DNA of 32,000 nucleotides, taken from positions 1-32,000 of the forward strand of contig NZ_PQWO01000034.1 of NCBI RefSeq assembly GCF_003231495.1. Direction: 5' to 3'. The position numbers and the translations under genes are program-made. The stretch comes from Acaryochloris thomasi RCC1774. Lineage in GTDB: Bacteria; Cyanobacteriota; Cyanobacteriia; Thermosynechococcales; Thermosynechococcaceae. The notes under the pieces were generated by a model. That model ran no database searches and was not told where the DNA came from. It saw only the letters and a list, made by a program, of their open reading frames with translations. Positions 9,136 to 18,865 of the stretch are shown one piece after another. Position 1 is the first letter of the stretch. Each line of letters begins with the position of its first letter.

Positions 9136-10111
9136 TAGTGCAATCTATATGTCGATGCATTAATGATGGCTGAAGCATGTGAGTATTGCCCTCCGAGAGA
9201 TTACCAGCCTTTCAGCTCTGATTTGTATTGAATTGGGTGATGATACTGATTGTCTATTGCAGGTACCAGGTGGAGTTAGTAGAGACGAGTTATTCAAAGG
9301 ATCCTTGAGAAAGTTTGCCTTGCTCAGTCTGCTGACTAAATCTAGAGCAACCCATTGCTCTCCAAGTTAACTGTCCACTTTTTCGAGACAAGATCAACTT
9401 TTGTCAGCCAACCAGGGCATTGAGCTGTCTCGTTAGTTTTCTATTGAACTCTTGATAACTCAATTGCGGTAAGCCTCTCGTCCTGCCCGTGTGGCTTGGG
9501 CCAGGGAGGCATTGTTTTACGCATTTTCTTGGCAGAAATATGAGTATTTCTCTCTGCGTGAGAACTTTCTCATCTAAGATTCACCTGCATGAATGTCTCT
9601 TTCCTTTAGACATAAATAATAATCATTAAATTTGAGTTAAATAACTGTGGGTTAATGAAATATTTTTCGATAAAAATTATTTAGATCCTAATCAGAATAA
9701 ATATCTGCATCCAATCAATTAAGAAGTATGCGAGAAAAGCTTTGCATATTTTATTTTCTTCTATAACTCCACTGAAAACTAAATAAAAATCTTCTTGCTC
9801 CCCTTCCTGCGTGTGTTTCTGTGTCATGACTGAGTGCTTGAAATGAATTTATATTTTGATTTTATATAGCTGGAATCTCACTGAGATTGGATGAAATTGT
9901 CGATATTTACAAGGAGTATTTGGGTCTAGTTATGCACGAAGAGACTTTTTCTACTAATGTTAAGTACTGGTTAAAAGTAAGTCGATTAATCATTGCTTAG
10001 TTATTGGGACTTTGTTCCAGATAACAACTATCTGGAGATATAGATGTGAATGTACTGCACCTAAAATGCTATCGAAAGGCAGCCTCGAGACGGGTAAAGT
10101 CTTGGCTGAGG

Positions 10112-11029
10112 ATGGGACGACATCGGCAGGATCCTGTCCGAACATCGTCCTCTACGTTTCAGATAGATCTGGCGCTCGTCCACAGCTTGCTAGAAGGGCA
10201 GCACCCCGATCTTGCCCACCTGCAGATTTGTCACCTTGGTACAGGCTGGCATAACACGATGTTTCGTTTAGGAGATCAGTTGCTCCTCAGGCTTCCCCGC
10301 CGCACAACGGCAGGTCCCCTGATTGAAAATGAGCAAATCTGGCTGCCACAGCTTGCAGATCGGCTGCCTATTGATGTCCCCACTGTTGTTCGGGTGGGTG
10401 AACCGACACAACGCTATCCTTGGCGTTGGAGCATACTCCCGTGGCTAACGGGGACAACGGCGGAACAAGTAGACATGCGTACAAGCGAGGTTCAGCGCTT
10501 CACCTCGTTCCTGAAAGCGCTGCATGTTCCGGCACCTGCCAATGCTCCTCAGAATCCGGTGCGTGGCGTTCCTTTAAAGCAACGATCAGCTGTATTTGGA
10601 AAACGATTCCTGTGGGTAGATGAGCAAACAAACCTAATCACCCGGCAGATCAAAAATATCTGGCACAGAGCTGTCGAGGCACCGATGGACGGCGAAGCAC
10701 GATGGCTCCATGGTGATCTTCACCCTCTCAATGTCGTCGTTAATGATGGTGCGATCTCAGGCATCATTGATTGGGGTCACATTACCTCAGGGGATATTGC
10801 GACTGACTTGGCTTCTATCTGGATGCTCTTTGCTGAGAAAAATCATCGCCAGCAGGTGATCAAAAGCTATGGCAGTCTTTCGGATGCAACCCTACAGCGC
10901 GCCCAAGGATGGGCCATTCTAATTGGTGTGGGGTTTGTGGAGTCAGGACTGACTGCTAATTCAAGCCATGCCAGTATTGGAGCGGCTACCTTGCAGCGTG
11001 TTGCTGAAGATAGCTTAACGTTACGGTAG
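10112..11029 (+). CDS. Aminoglycoside/choline-kinase-like phosphotransferase (APH family)
   Basis: GWHNTMFRLGD..LRLPRR N-lobe pattern, HGDLHPLNVVV (HxDxxxxN catalytic loop) and IIDWG metal-binding motif. The ORF opens at GTG 10046; the first ATG is 10112. Confidence 0.85.
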   Translation: MGRHRQDPVRTSSSTFQIDLALVHSLLEGQHPDLAHLQICHLGTGWHNTMFRLGDQLLLRLPRRTTAGPLIENEQIWLPQLADRLPIDVPTVVRVGEPTQRYPWRWSILPWLTGTTAEQVDMRTSEVQRFTSFLKALHVPAPANAPQNPVRGVPLKQRSAVFGKRFLWVDEQTNLITRQIKNIWHRAVEAPMDGEARWLHGDLHPLNVVVNDGAISGIIDWGHITSGDIATDLASIWMLFAEKNHRQQVIKSYGSLSDATLQRAQGWAILIGVGFVESGLTANSSHASIGAATLQRVAEDSLTLR

Positions 11030-11501
11030 GCTGCGATACTCTGATCGCATATAGCCTCTGCCTCTTGCCGCCACAGGGATTCCTCAATGATGGTATCAAG
11101 GCTCCACTTGCTGTCCTGCAGAATATGAATACAGCAACCGCTACCTCACAAGAGAATTCTATATGCAGATAGCTCAGGGATCTGTAGTTTCTTTTCGGTT
11201 AGAATACAGCCCCTTATGTCAGGGGTGGTGGAAATGATATTTTCAGATCAGAAAAAATAGGGGAACGTAAAAAAGCCTATGAGTTTTCGTCAACAGATAT
11301 CTGCAAAGCTGTTGCTAATAGTAGGCAGCATTGTTAGTATATCCTTCTCTATCTTCCAGGGGCTAGCGCCATTCTCTGCCGTGCAGCTACAGGCTGTACG
11401 CTTTGACTTGGCTTTGTTCAAAACTGGCCCAAAACGGGTAACACTTACACGACAAATCAGGCCATCTCTAGAAATGACCAACCCAGCCTGTTTCACTTTT
11501 T

Positions 11502-12982
11502 CTAAGCTCTTTGGAATCGCTTGAAGCCCAGCATTTCTAGCCAGTGTAGATGTTTCTCACCTGTCATCATTTCCCCTGGGCTTTTTCCCCGTCTTTGCTC
11601 AGAGTCACTACTCATGAATCTCCGGTGATTGATGAAGAATTGGAGAAGGCCCAGATAGGACGTTCCAAGATGCTTGCGCAGGCTGAAATAGTTCCGCAGT
11701 CTAGAATTGAGATTCTCCACTAAAGAACTGGCTCTAGGCGTCTGTTTCATTGCATTCTGGATCGCTTGATGGAGATGGAGCTGAAAGAACTTCCAGCTCA
11801 GCTTCTCGTGTAGATCACCCCAACTCCTCCAGCATGCTTCCGAGGTGGGCTGTTTGCGGAAAAATCGGACCATCTGCCGGAGGAGAAATAGAGGTGTATC
11901 AAATTGCTGAGCAATGTTAGCAAGCTTGTCATCTAACACCTTTGCAAAGGCCAACAGATCATCGCGTTGATTGTTCAAGGTTTGCGCAAGACTCGAATCT
12001 GCTTGCCTCCCAGATGTTCGCGCTGCTGAAGTTCAGCCACGATGAAATCGTACAGTTCTATACGCTCAGCATAGGAGGGGCCAGCCAGTTGCAAAACATC
12101 GTGGTTGAGCCACTCAATAAGAGTCTTGACGTCTCTGGCCAGTTGCACGGCTTGTGTCTCCTGGGTTCTCGCTTTTCCCAACGGCACTGAGAGGTGGTTC
12201 CATTATCCCTGTTGTTTCGCCTCTGCCATCTTCGCCTCTAGCTCTTGCCGTCGAGTCTTTGCCCCCATTGCTTTGCGTGTCAAACTATTGGCCAGGGTAT
12301 GGCACTGACGCTGGATGTGGAACACATCACCATGACAAAGCTTGTCTCCAAAGGCTTCCTTTTGACCAGCCTGCAAGCCAGTGCCGGCACCAGCAATCGT
12401 GTACTCTGGGTCGAGTCCTTGCTCTGCAGCATTGAGCAGGTGATAGCCCCAAGTGTCTGCATCCCGATGGTCGGCTGCTTCGAGGAGGTAGCAATAGGTT
12501 GAGACAGCATCAATACCAACGAGCACTGGCTTTGAGCCATGAAAAATCTCATCGTGTAATCCCACACCAACGTTAGATAGGTCTTGGGATTGATTGATTA
12601 TTGCCGCTGACTCAGAGGCAGTTTCAAGCCGGTTGTGGATCGTGCCAACACTGATGTGAAAGTCGAATAGATCGCGAAACAATTCAACGACACCGCGAAA
12701 GGAGTTGTGGCAGATCATTACCAAGGCAAGAATAAGTTGGAATATCCAAGCTTTGGTAACCGAAAGATGGAAAAGAACGTCATCATTATTGTCATCGTGC
12801 TTGAAATAAGCCTCTGTCAGAGCATCATTTGCCTTGTTGCTTTGCTGGTAGAGAAACTTGCGACTGACTTGGTGTTGTTTGGCAATGCTGGTGACGAGTT
12901 CTCTCTTTCTCAGAACCTGAAGGGCTAGCTCCTGGCGCTCAGTTGGGGAAAGAGTGGCGGCGACACAGGAAGATGAACTCAT
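11502..12982 (-). pseudogene. Disrupted transposase (IS remnant; family not assigned)
   Basis: Three collinear minus-strand ORFs (259 + 70 + 158 aa). The first two share a frame and are split by TAA at 12203-12205. The third is frameshifted at about 11975-11978. There is an N-terminal HTH-like region, and LHDEIFHGSKPVLVGIDAVSTY resembles a DDE first-Asp block. A weak 8-bp terminal inverted repeat, CTGGCCCA (11424-11431) / TGGGCCAG (13076-13083), may mark the ends. Confidence 0.75.
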
Positions 12983-13283
12983 ATTTATCGATCTGCAGGG
13001 AAATAAGTTGGCATTGAACGAGTATCCCTGATCGGCACCCTCTGGATCTTAAAATGCTTTGATCTCACTCAACTGTGGGCCAGATCTGTAACCCTGGAAT
13101 GAACGGTGCCGAACTTTATCTCCAAGCGTCAACGTTTTACCGCCGAGATCAATCCCTATTGTGTGGCTCTACTACAACTTTCTCCTCAGCTTCAGAGATA
13201 TCCAGAAAATGAGGCTCTACCGAGGTATCAAGTTCTCTCACGCGAACGTTCAAAGACTCTCAAGAGTGCCATGCCCTATTCAA

Positions 13284-14354
13284 CTAGACTGAGTGAGGCA
13301 AGCTGAGCTGCTGCAGAATAGATGATGCGATCTGTTCGACTGGCAGAACTGTTTGAGCTGCCCCTAGCTCAATCGCGACCTTAGGCATTCCAAAAACAAT
13401 GCTAGTGGTCTCATCTTGAGCAATTGTTGAGCCTCCAGATTGTGCGATTTTCTGTAAACCCACGGCTCCATCTTGTCCCATGCCGGTAAGCAAAACACCG
13501 AGGACGCCTGCTCCATAGTGTTGAGCTACGGCTTGAAACATCACCGTGATCGAGGGGCAATGACGATCCACCGCAGGTGCTGCAGAGTAATGGCAGCGAC
13601 CTTGGTCATCCAGTGTCAGGTGATAGTGATCCGGTGCAAAATAAACCGTCCCTGGTACTGGAACTTCTCCAGCCTCTGCAACTTTGACATGAAGAGGACA
13701 CATTGAGGCTTGCCAACTAATTAGCCCCGGTAAAAATCCCGCAGAGATGTGTTGAGCACAAAGAATCGGTAGGGGGAAATCTGCAGGGAGGCGACTCAGG
13801 ATTTGATGAATGGCCTGCGGTCCACCTGTTGAAGCCCCTATTGCTAAAATCTGTGGTGCGTCAGCGCAGAGTCTGGGGCTGGGCCGGTGAGTAACACTGG
13901 AGCGAAGGATATGAGTTGTCGAGTGCTGACGTAGAGACTTTGTAAACACCTTGACTCCAGCTAGTACCTTGATTCTGTCAATCAGCGCCTGCTGATCGGC
14001 CGCTTTCCAGCGTCCTGTTAAGGGCTGAGGAAAAACATCCACGGCACCTGCCTTCAGAACCTGAGCAATGGTTTCAGTTTCGGTGGGCTGAACCGTGGGA
14101 CTAACGACCAAAATCGGTAGCGGGCAAAGCGCTAGGAGCTGGCGGATTAGCTCGAAGCCATCCATATGTGGCATTTGCAGATTAGTACAAACGACATCTG
14201 GCTGCAATTGGGGAATGTGCTCTAGTGCTTCAGTTCCATTATTCGCGGTACCAATGACCTGAATCACGGGTGCCGCACTCAGCGCACCCGTGAGTCTTTG
14301 CTGTGCAATCGCACAGCTATCCACAATGAAAACGGTAATGATCGAGGAACTCAT
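13284..14354 (-). CDS. cheB: CheB-type methylesterase with a degenerate (pseudo-)receiver domain
   Basis: The esterase triad contexts are intact: AIGASTGGP (Ser), AQHISAGF (His) and LTGMGQDGA (Asp). The N-terminal REC has VDSC instead of an acidic pair. It also has Asn58 (AAT, 14181-14183) at the phospho-acceptor position (PDVVCTNLQMPHMDG), and FPQP where the conserved Lys is expected. Confidence 0.9.
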   Translation of the reverse strand: MSSSIITVFIVDSCAIAQQRLTGALSAAPVIQVIGTANNGTEALEHIPQLQPDVVCTNLQMPHMDGFELIRQLLALCPLPILVVSPTVQPTETETIAQVLKAGAVDVFPQPLTGRWKAADQQALIDRIKVLAGVKVFTKSLRQHSTTHILRSSVTHRPSPRLCADAPQILAIGASTGGPQAIHQILSRLPADFPLPILCAQHISAGFLPGLISWQASMCPLHVKVAEAGEVPVPGTVYFAPDHYHLTLDDQGRCHYSAAPAVDRHCPSITVMFQAVAQHYGAGVLGVLLTGMGQDGAVGLQKIAQSGGSTIAQDETTSIVFGMPKVAIELGAAQTVLPVEQIASSILQQLSLPHSV

Positions 14355-14457
14355 TTTCTGGACTCAAGAGCAGCGAAAAACAATAACAGGAGTCAGATCC
14401 TAGGTCTAACCCCTGCTAATCGAAAGATTGAGAACCACCTGTCGGCAAAACGAGCAG

Positions 14458-14874
14458 CTACTTTGCTTTATCCGCTAAGACTTTGATCTTCGTGATCAGA
14501 GCAGTCTTCAGCTTTTCGTAGTCCGTCGCACTTCCTGAGGTAGGCTTCGGGAAGAAGTCTAGGGCACCCGCAGACATTAAATTGAAGATGTTATCGACAT
14601 CATTACCGGGATGAACGGCATTGCTAACCACTAAAATCGGGCGAGGGAAGTCTGACATGACTTTTTTGGTGAACGCTAAACCATCCATTTTCGGCATTTG
14701 CAAATCGGTGCAGATTACATCTGGCTGAGTCTGAGCGATGACGGCCAACCCCTGTTCACCATCTTGAGCAGTGCCAACAACCTCCACCTCGGGGGCGGAA
14801 TCAAGCAGGCGCTTCATAATTTCAAGGGCAACAGCAGAGTCTTCAATGAGGACAACTTTGATGGGATCAGCCAT
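14458..14874 (-). CDS. Stand-alone CheB-like receiver (CheY-type response regulator, 138 aa)
   Basis: All REC residues are present: IEDS, PDVICTD57LQMPKMDG, VVSN and FFPKP. The sequence and the C-terminal LITKIKVLA linker resemble the REC-linker part of the adjacent CheB. The ATG lies 2 nt after the cheA stop. Confidence 0.9.
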   Translation of the reverse strand: MADPIKVVLIEDSAVALEIMKRLLDSAPEVEVVGTAQDGEQGLAVIAQTQPDVICTDLQMPKMDGLAFTKKVMSDFPRPILVVSNAVHPGNDVDNIFNLMSAGALDFFPKPTSGSATDYEKLKTALITKIKVLADKAK

Positions 14875-14876
14875 GA

Positions 14877-17285
14877 CTAAATTAATCTCCTGAGGGTATC
14901 TAAAAGTAACGTTTGGTCAAAATCGCCTTTGCTGATGTAGGCACTAGCCCCAGCATCAGCTCCACGCCGCCGATCTTCGTCTTTCGCCAGTGTGGAAACA
15001 AGGACAATCGGTAGCTCTTCATATTCGTCTTGCTGACGAATGCGGCTGGTCAGCTCTAATCCAGTCAGATTAGGCATCTCAATATCAGAAACCACGGCAT
15101 CAAAGGTGTCGAGGCTCAATTTCTCGAAACCATCAAGACCGTCCACTGCAGCCGTCACATCGTACCCGGCGCCCTTAAGAATACGAGAGACTTGCGTACG
15201 AATTGGTATCGAGTCTTCCACCAGCAGAACCTTGGGCTTGGTGATCTCCATTCGTGCTGCAGGCAGGATGGCGTTGCCTCCCACCGAGCGAATCAAGTCC
15301 TGAGGGTTGAGGACCATGCAAATCTCACCATTGCCGAGAATCGTGGCTCCAGTGATATTGCGAATTCGCTTCAGGAGCTTGCTTTGCGGCTTAAGAACAA
15401 TATCTTGTTGCTCTAGTAGGTCATCCACCAATAGGCCTAACTGTTCTGAGCCGACCTTAAGAACGACGCAGGGCAGATGAGTTGCACTGCTAGAACTACC
15501 CGCTGAGGCAGTCGGTAGTTCTAGCAGATCAGAAAGCCAAGCAAGGGAAAGAGGAGAGTCCTGAAAGGTTATGGTTGGGCTACCATCAATGGTAAAGATA
15601 TCCTGACGTTGAATGCGGATCATGGTGTTCACAGATTCCACTGGAATTGCGTAGGAGGTCTGAGCCACCGTCACAATTAGAGCATAGGTGGTATTCAAAT
15701 TCGTCCCAAGAATGAACCGGAATGTACAGCCCTGCTCCGGCGTAGAAGTTACCTGAATCGAGCCTTTGAGGCGCTCCACATTGGCGCGCACAACATCTAA
15801 CCCAACGCCTCGACCGGACAGCTCTGTTACAGTGGTACGCGTAGAAAATCCCGGCTCAAAAATCAAGGACTGAATCTGCTCCATTGACATCCGCTCTAGC
15901 TCAGCTTCACTGTGAAGGCCTCGACGAATGGCGGTGCGCTTAATTTTCCCCAGGTCTAGGCCGCGTCCATCATCTACTAACTCAATGCAGATGCTGCTGC
16001 CCATTTGATACCCTCGCAATCTCAAGGTCGCTTGGGAGGGTTTGTCGGCAGCGAGACGATCGCCTAGGGATTCAATGCCGTGATCAATGGCGTTGCGAAT
16101 CAGGTGGGTAAGCGGAGCCTTCATTTCTTCTAAAATTCGCTTGTCCGCTAGCGTGTCGCCGCCCTCGATCACAAAATCAATCTCTTTTCCCTGCTCCTTA
16201 GATAAATCCCGCACGAGGCGTGGAAAGAGGTTAAAGACACTAGAAAGAGGCAGCATCCGCAGCTTCAGGATGCCGGATTCCAGTTCGTTTGAAACTGTCT
16301 CTAGCCGGGCGGTATCGGCAGAAGCTGTGCTGCGGAGCTGTTGTAGTAAATCACCAAGTAGATCAAGATGGTGCTCATGTTGCTGATGTGATTTCTGCAA
16401 CGGTGCCAATAGATCGGGATCAACTTGTTGCGCCAAAGTGTCGAGAGCTGTGCGCTGCTCTGTATTTCCTCGAGACCAAACTTCCCAAAGGTTAAGAATC
16501 TCAGTCATGTCATCCATCCGGCGAGCAATTCGCAGTTTGGTGACTGCTAGCTCACTGGCCTGGGTCATGAGTTGATCAAGTTTGGGGGCCGCGACCCGCA
16601 CCGTATCGATCTGGTAGGATTCTTCTGGCTTTTCAGGTTCTGTAGGCAGTGAGGGCGGCTCTGGTGATTCAGCTTTAGAGACTGGCTGAGTATGGCTATT
16701 AGAGTTTTTAGGAGCAATACCACTCAATTCGGCCGCAAGCTCTGGATCAAGCATCGAGAGATCTAGTCCGGCGGCGACGAAGGGTTGCTCGGATGCCGAT
16801 TCGTCAGGTTCTGAGAGTATCAGATCCTGCTCTTCATCAAAATCGAAGATGTCAGCACCCGTATTCTCAGAAATTGCTGGCTCGTCAACGAATGACTCAG
16901 GGACATCATCGACCCCCATCAATTGGGCTAAGACGTGAAGAGTGTTGACCCCCGAAGGCTCGTTTGTAACAGCTTCGTGGGCGACTTTTTTGAGGGCATC
17001 AAGACCTTTATAAATGCGATCAAAAAACTCCGCCGAAACTGTTTGCTCACCTTTCTCCACTGCAATCAGCAGTTCTTCAATCTGGTGCATCAGCGTCTCG
17101 GCATCTTGCACCCCTAACATCCGCGAGTCTCCCTTGAGAGAATGGGCCTCGCGCAGAAGCTCCTGCAGTTGGCTCGCGTCGTCAGGGTGCTTTTCGAGGT
17201 GCAGCACACCGTTTTCTAGTTTGTCTAAATGCTCCCGACTGGCATCTCGGTAAAGAGCGCGCAGTTCTTCATCTTCGATGAACAT
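14877..17285 (-). CDS. cheA: Hybrid CheA histidine kinase (Hpt - acidic linker - dimerisation - HATPase - CheW-like - REC)
   Basis: Hpt motif EAHSLKGDSRMLG; a long D/E/P-rich linker; N-box HLIRNAIDHGIE; G-boxes DDGRGLD and GRGVGLD; a CheW-like region; and a C-terminal REC (LLVEDS ... VVSDIEMPNLTG ... YISKG). Confidence 0.92.
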   Translation of the reverse strand: MFIEDEELRALYRDASREHLDKLENGVLHLEKHPDDASQLQELLREAHSLKGDSRMLGVQDAETLMHQIEELLIAVEKGEQTVSAEFFDRIYKGLDALKKVAHEAVTNEPSGVNTLHVLAQLMGVDDVPESFVDEPAISENTGADIFDFDEEQDLILSEPDESASEQPFVAAGLDLSMLDPELAAELSGIAPKNSNSHTQPVSKAESPEPPSLPTEPEKPEESYQIDTVRVAAPKLDQLMTQASELAVTKLRIARRMDDMTEILNLWEVWSRGNTEQRTALDTLAQQVDPDLLAPLQKSHQQHEHHLDLLGDLLQQLRSTASADTARLETVSNELESGILKLRMLPLSSVFNLFPRLVRDLSKEQGKEIDFVIEGGDTLADKRILEEMKAPLTHLIRNAIDHGIESLGDRLAADKPSQATLRLRGYQMGSSICIELVDDGRGLDLGKIKRTAIRRGLHSEAELERMSMEQIQSLIFEPGFSTRTTVTELSGRGVGLDVVRANVERLKGSIQVTSTPEQGCTFRFILGTNLNTTYALIVTVAQTSYAIPVESVNTMIRIQRQDIFTIDGSPTITFQDSPLSLAWLSDLLELPTASAGSSSSATHLPCVVLKVGSEQLGLLVDDLLEQQDIVLKPQSKLLKRIRNITGATILGNGEICMVLNPQDLIRSVGGNAILPAARMEITKPKVLLVEDSIPIRTQVSRILKGAGYDVTAAVDGLDGFEKLSLDTFDAVVSDIEMPNLTGLELTSRIRQQDEYEELPIVLVSTLAKDEDRRRGADAGASAYISKGDFDQTLLLDTLRRLI

Positions 17286-17368
17286 GGCTTTAATCTTGTG
17301 CTGAGGGCAATGGAGTGAAGAGGATGTTTAAGCAGTTCTGTGGTGAGTGGTTAACATTAGAGATCATT

Positions 17369-17390
17369 CCCCCTTGAGAAGGAAAGGGGG
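17369..17390 (-). other. GC-rich stem-loop between the MCP gene and cheA
   Basis: CCCCCTT (17369-17375) pairs with AAGGGGG (17384-17390), leaving an 8-nt loop. No U-tract follows on either strand, so it is not a classical intrinsic terminator. Confidence 0.35.
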
Positions 17391-17445
17391 GATCTCCTCC
17401 ACCAACTTATTCAAGCAAACTCTAAACAAAGGCGGTCAAAAAAGG

Positions 17446-18804
17446 TTAGACAGTGACCTGTAGTTTCTTCGCCACCTCCGTCAACTCCTCGGTGGAGGAC
17501 TTCACTTGACTGACTACAGTTGCAGTTTCTTTGGCACCTAAGTTGATGGCATTCATCGCTGAGACTGCTTGCTGTACACCTACAGCTTGCTGCTTCGAGG
17601 TGAGGGCAATTTGTTGGCTGGCGATTGACACATCGTTGACTGCAGCGGCAATCTCTTGGAATAACGACAGAGTATCTTCGGTCAACTTAATACCGGCATC
17701 TGCGGTTTTATTGCCTTCATCAGTTACCATAACCGTGCTGTTAATGGAGCCTTGAATTGTGCTCACCAAGGTACCAATTTTGTCTGCAGAACCCCGGCTT
17801 TGGTCCGCCAGTTTCCGAATTTCACCGGCAACCACTGCAAAACCCTTACCCTGCTCTCCTGCTCGGGCCGCTTCCACAGCTGCGTTTAGGGCCAGCATAT
17901 TGGTCTGATCTGCGACATCTCCCACCAGCTTCGAGACATTAGAAATCTGGTCGGTTTGTTCACTCAACTGCATGATCTTTTCAGCAATATCTCCCACCTT
18001 GGCTCGTAGGTTGGCAATTCCGTCTAGCGTTTCTTGCACCGTTTGGCGGCCACTTTCCGATAAATCGAGAGCCTGCTGGGCGCTTGCGGCAGAGGCACCT
18101 GCCTGCTGCGCAGCCTGCATCGAAGAAGCACCCAGTTCTTCAACTGTCGTTGTCGTTTCATTCACAGAAGCCGTCTGATCAGATACAATTCGGCCTTGCT
18201 CTTCCACGGTGGCAGCGATTTGAGAAGAGCTACCCGCTACACTACTGGCCGCTGTCTGCAGTGTGCTAGAAGCCCGCTGAATCGTCCAGAAAATAAACGC
18301 CAAAACTCCAAGATTCAATAACAAGATGGCGGCCTGAGCAATTTGAGTTTCACGGACCTGGGCAGCAGAGAATTCTTCTGCTGCAAATACGGCATCGTTG
18401 GTCAGCTCAAAGTAGGTTTCACTGTCAGCAATCAGCTTCGGTAAGATACTGGGATCTTGACGATAAGCGACAACCGTTTGCTTCAATTTTTGCCAAGCAT
18501 CATTGACGACTGTAATTTTTTCTAGATATTGCGCATCTGTTGCTTTGGGTAGTTTTAGCTCTGAATTACCATTAATCAAACCCTCGACTAAGGTATCCAG
18601 TTTGGCAACGAGCTTGTCGTTCGGTTTACCATTTATTTCTAGCTTTACCAGTCGTTGGGTCGCACCCCGGACAATCCCGGACTTGTTGACGACACTACCA
18701 TCCTGTACACCTGTCTGTACCTGAGCTAGCAAATAACCCGTTGTGCCGACTGCAAAGGTTGCTAGCCCGACGATGGTCCATTGTAGTTGATTGGTAATTT
18801 TCAT
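17446..18804 (-). CDS. Methyl-accepting chemotaxis protein with a PilJ-type N-terminal sensor and no HAMP
   Basis: TM1, then a periplasmic helical region ([16 protein letters not shown] ... LVEGLINGN ... WQKLK) resembling the PilJ/NarX-type N-terminal domain, then TM2. The conserved hairpin tip is [35 protein letters not shown]. The signalling domain starts directly after TM2. Confidence 0.9.
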   Translation of the reverse strand: MKITNQLQWTIVGLATFAVGTTGYLLAQVQTGVQDGSVVNKSGIVRGATQRLVKLEINGKPNDKLVAKLDTLVEGLINGNSELKLPKATDAQYLEKITVVNDAWQKLKQTVVAYRQDPSILPKLIADSETYFELTNDAVFAAEEFSAAQVRETQIAQAAILLLNLGVLAFIFWTIQRASSTLQTAASSVAGSSSQIAATVEEQGRIVSDQTASVNETTTTVEELGASSMQAAQQAGASAASAQQALDLSESGRQTVQETLDGIANLRAKVGDIAEKIMQLSEQTDQISNVSKLVGDVADQTNMLALNAAVEAARAGEQGKGFAVVAGEIRKLADQSRGSADKIGTLVSTIQGSINSTVMVTDEGNKTADAGIKLTEDTLSLFQEIAAAVNDVSIASQQIALTSKQQAVGVQQAVSAMNAINLGAKETATVVSQVKSSTEELTEVAKKLQVTV

Positions 18805-18865
18805 TGCGTTGCTCCTGTTTGGAATTGGGGTTTGAGGTTACGAAAAAGGTTTGAAGGATCAGATG

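Noticed and set aside
9179-9370. 63-aa plus-strand ORF
   Set aside because: No motif, and it lies in the composition-shift region. The opposite strand shows faint transposase-like debris, so this is probably non-coding.
11279-11524. 81-aa plus ORF and 68-aa minus ORF flanking the dead IS
   Set aside because: They mutually overlap and cross the putative IS end. At best they are a remnant of the disrupted target gene (see the IS finding), not an intact gene.
13106-13306. 66-aa plus ORF downstream of cheB
   Set aside because: It starts at GTG and overlaps the cheB 3' end. The REC-like signal in this region is in a different frame, so I treat it as decayed sequence.
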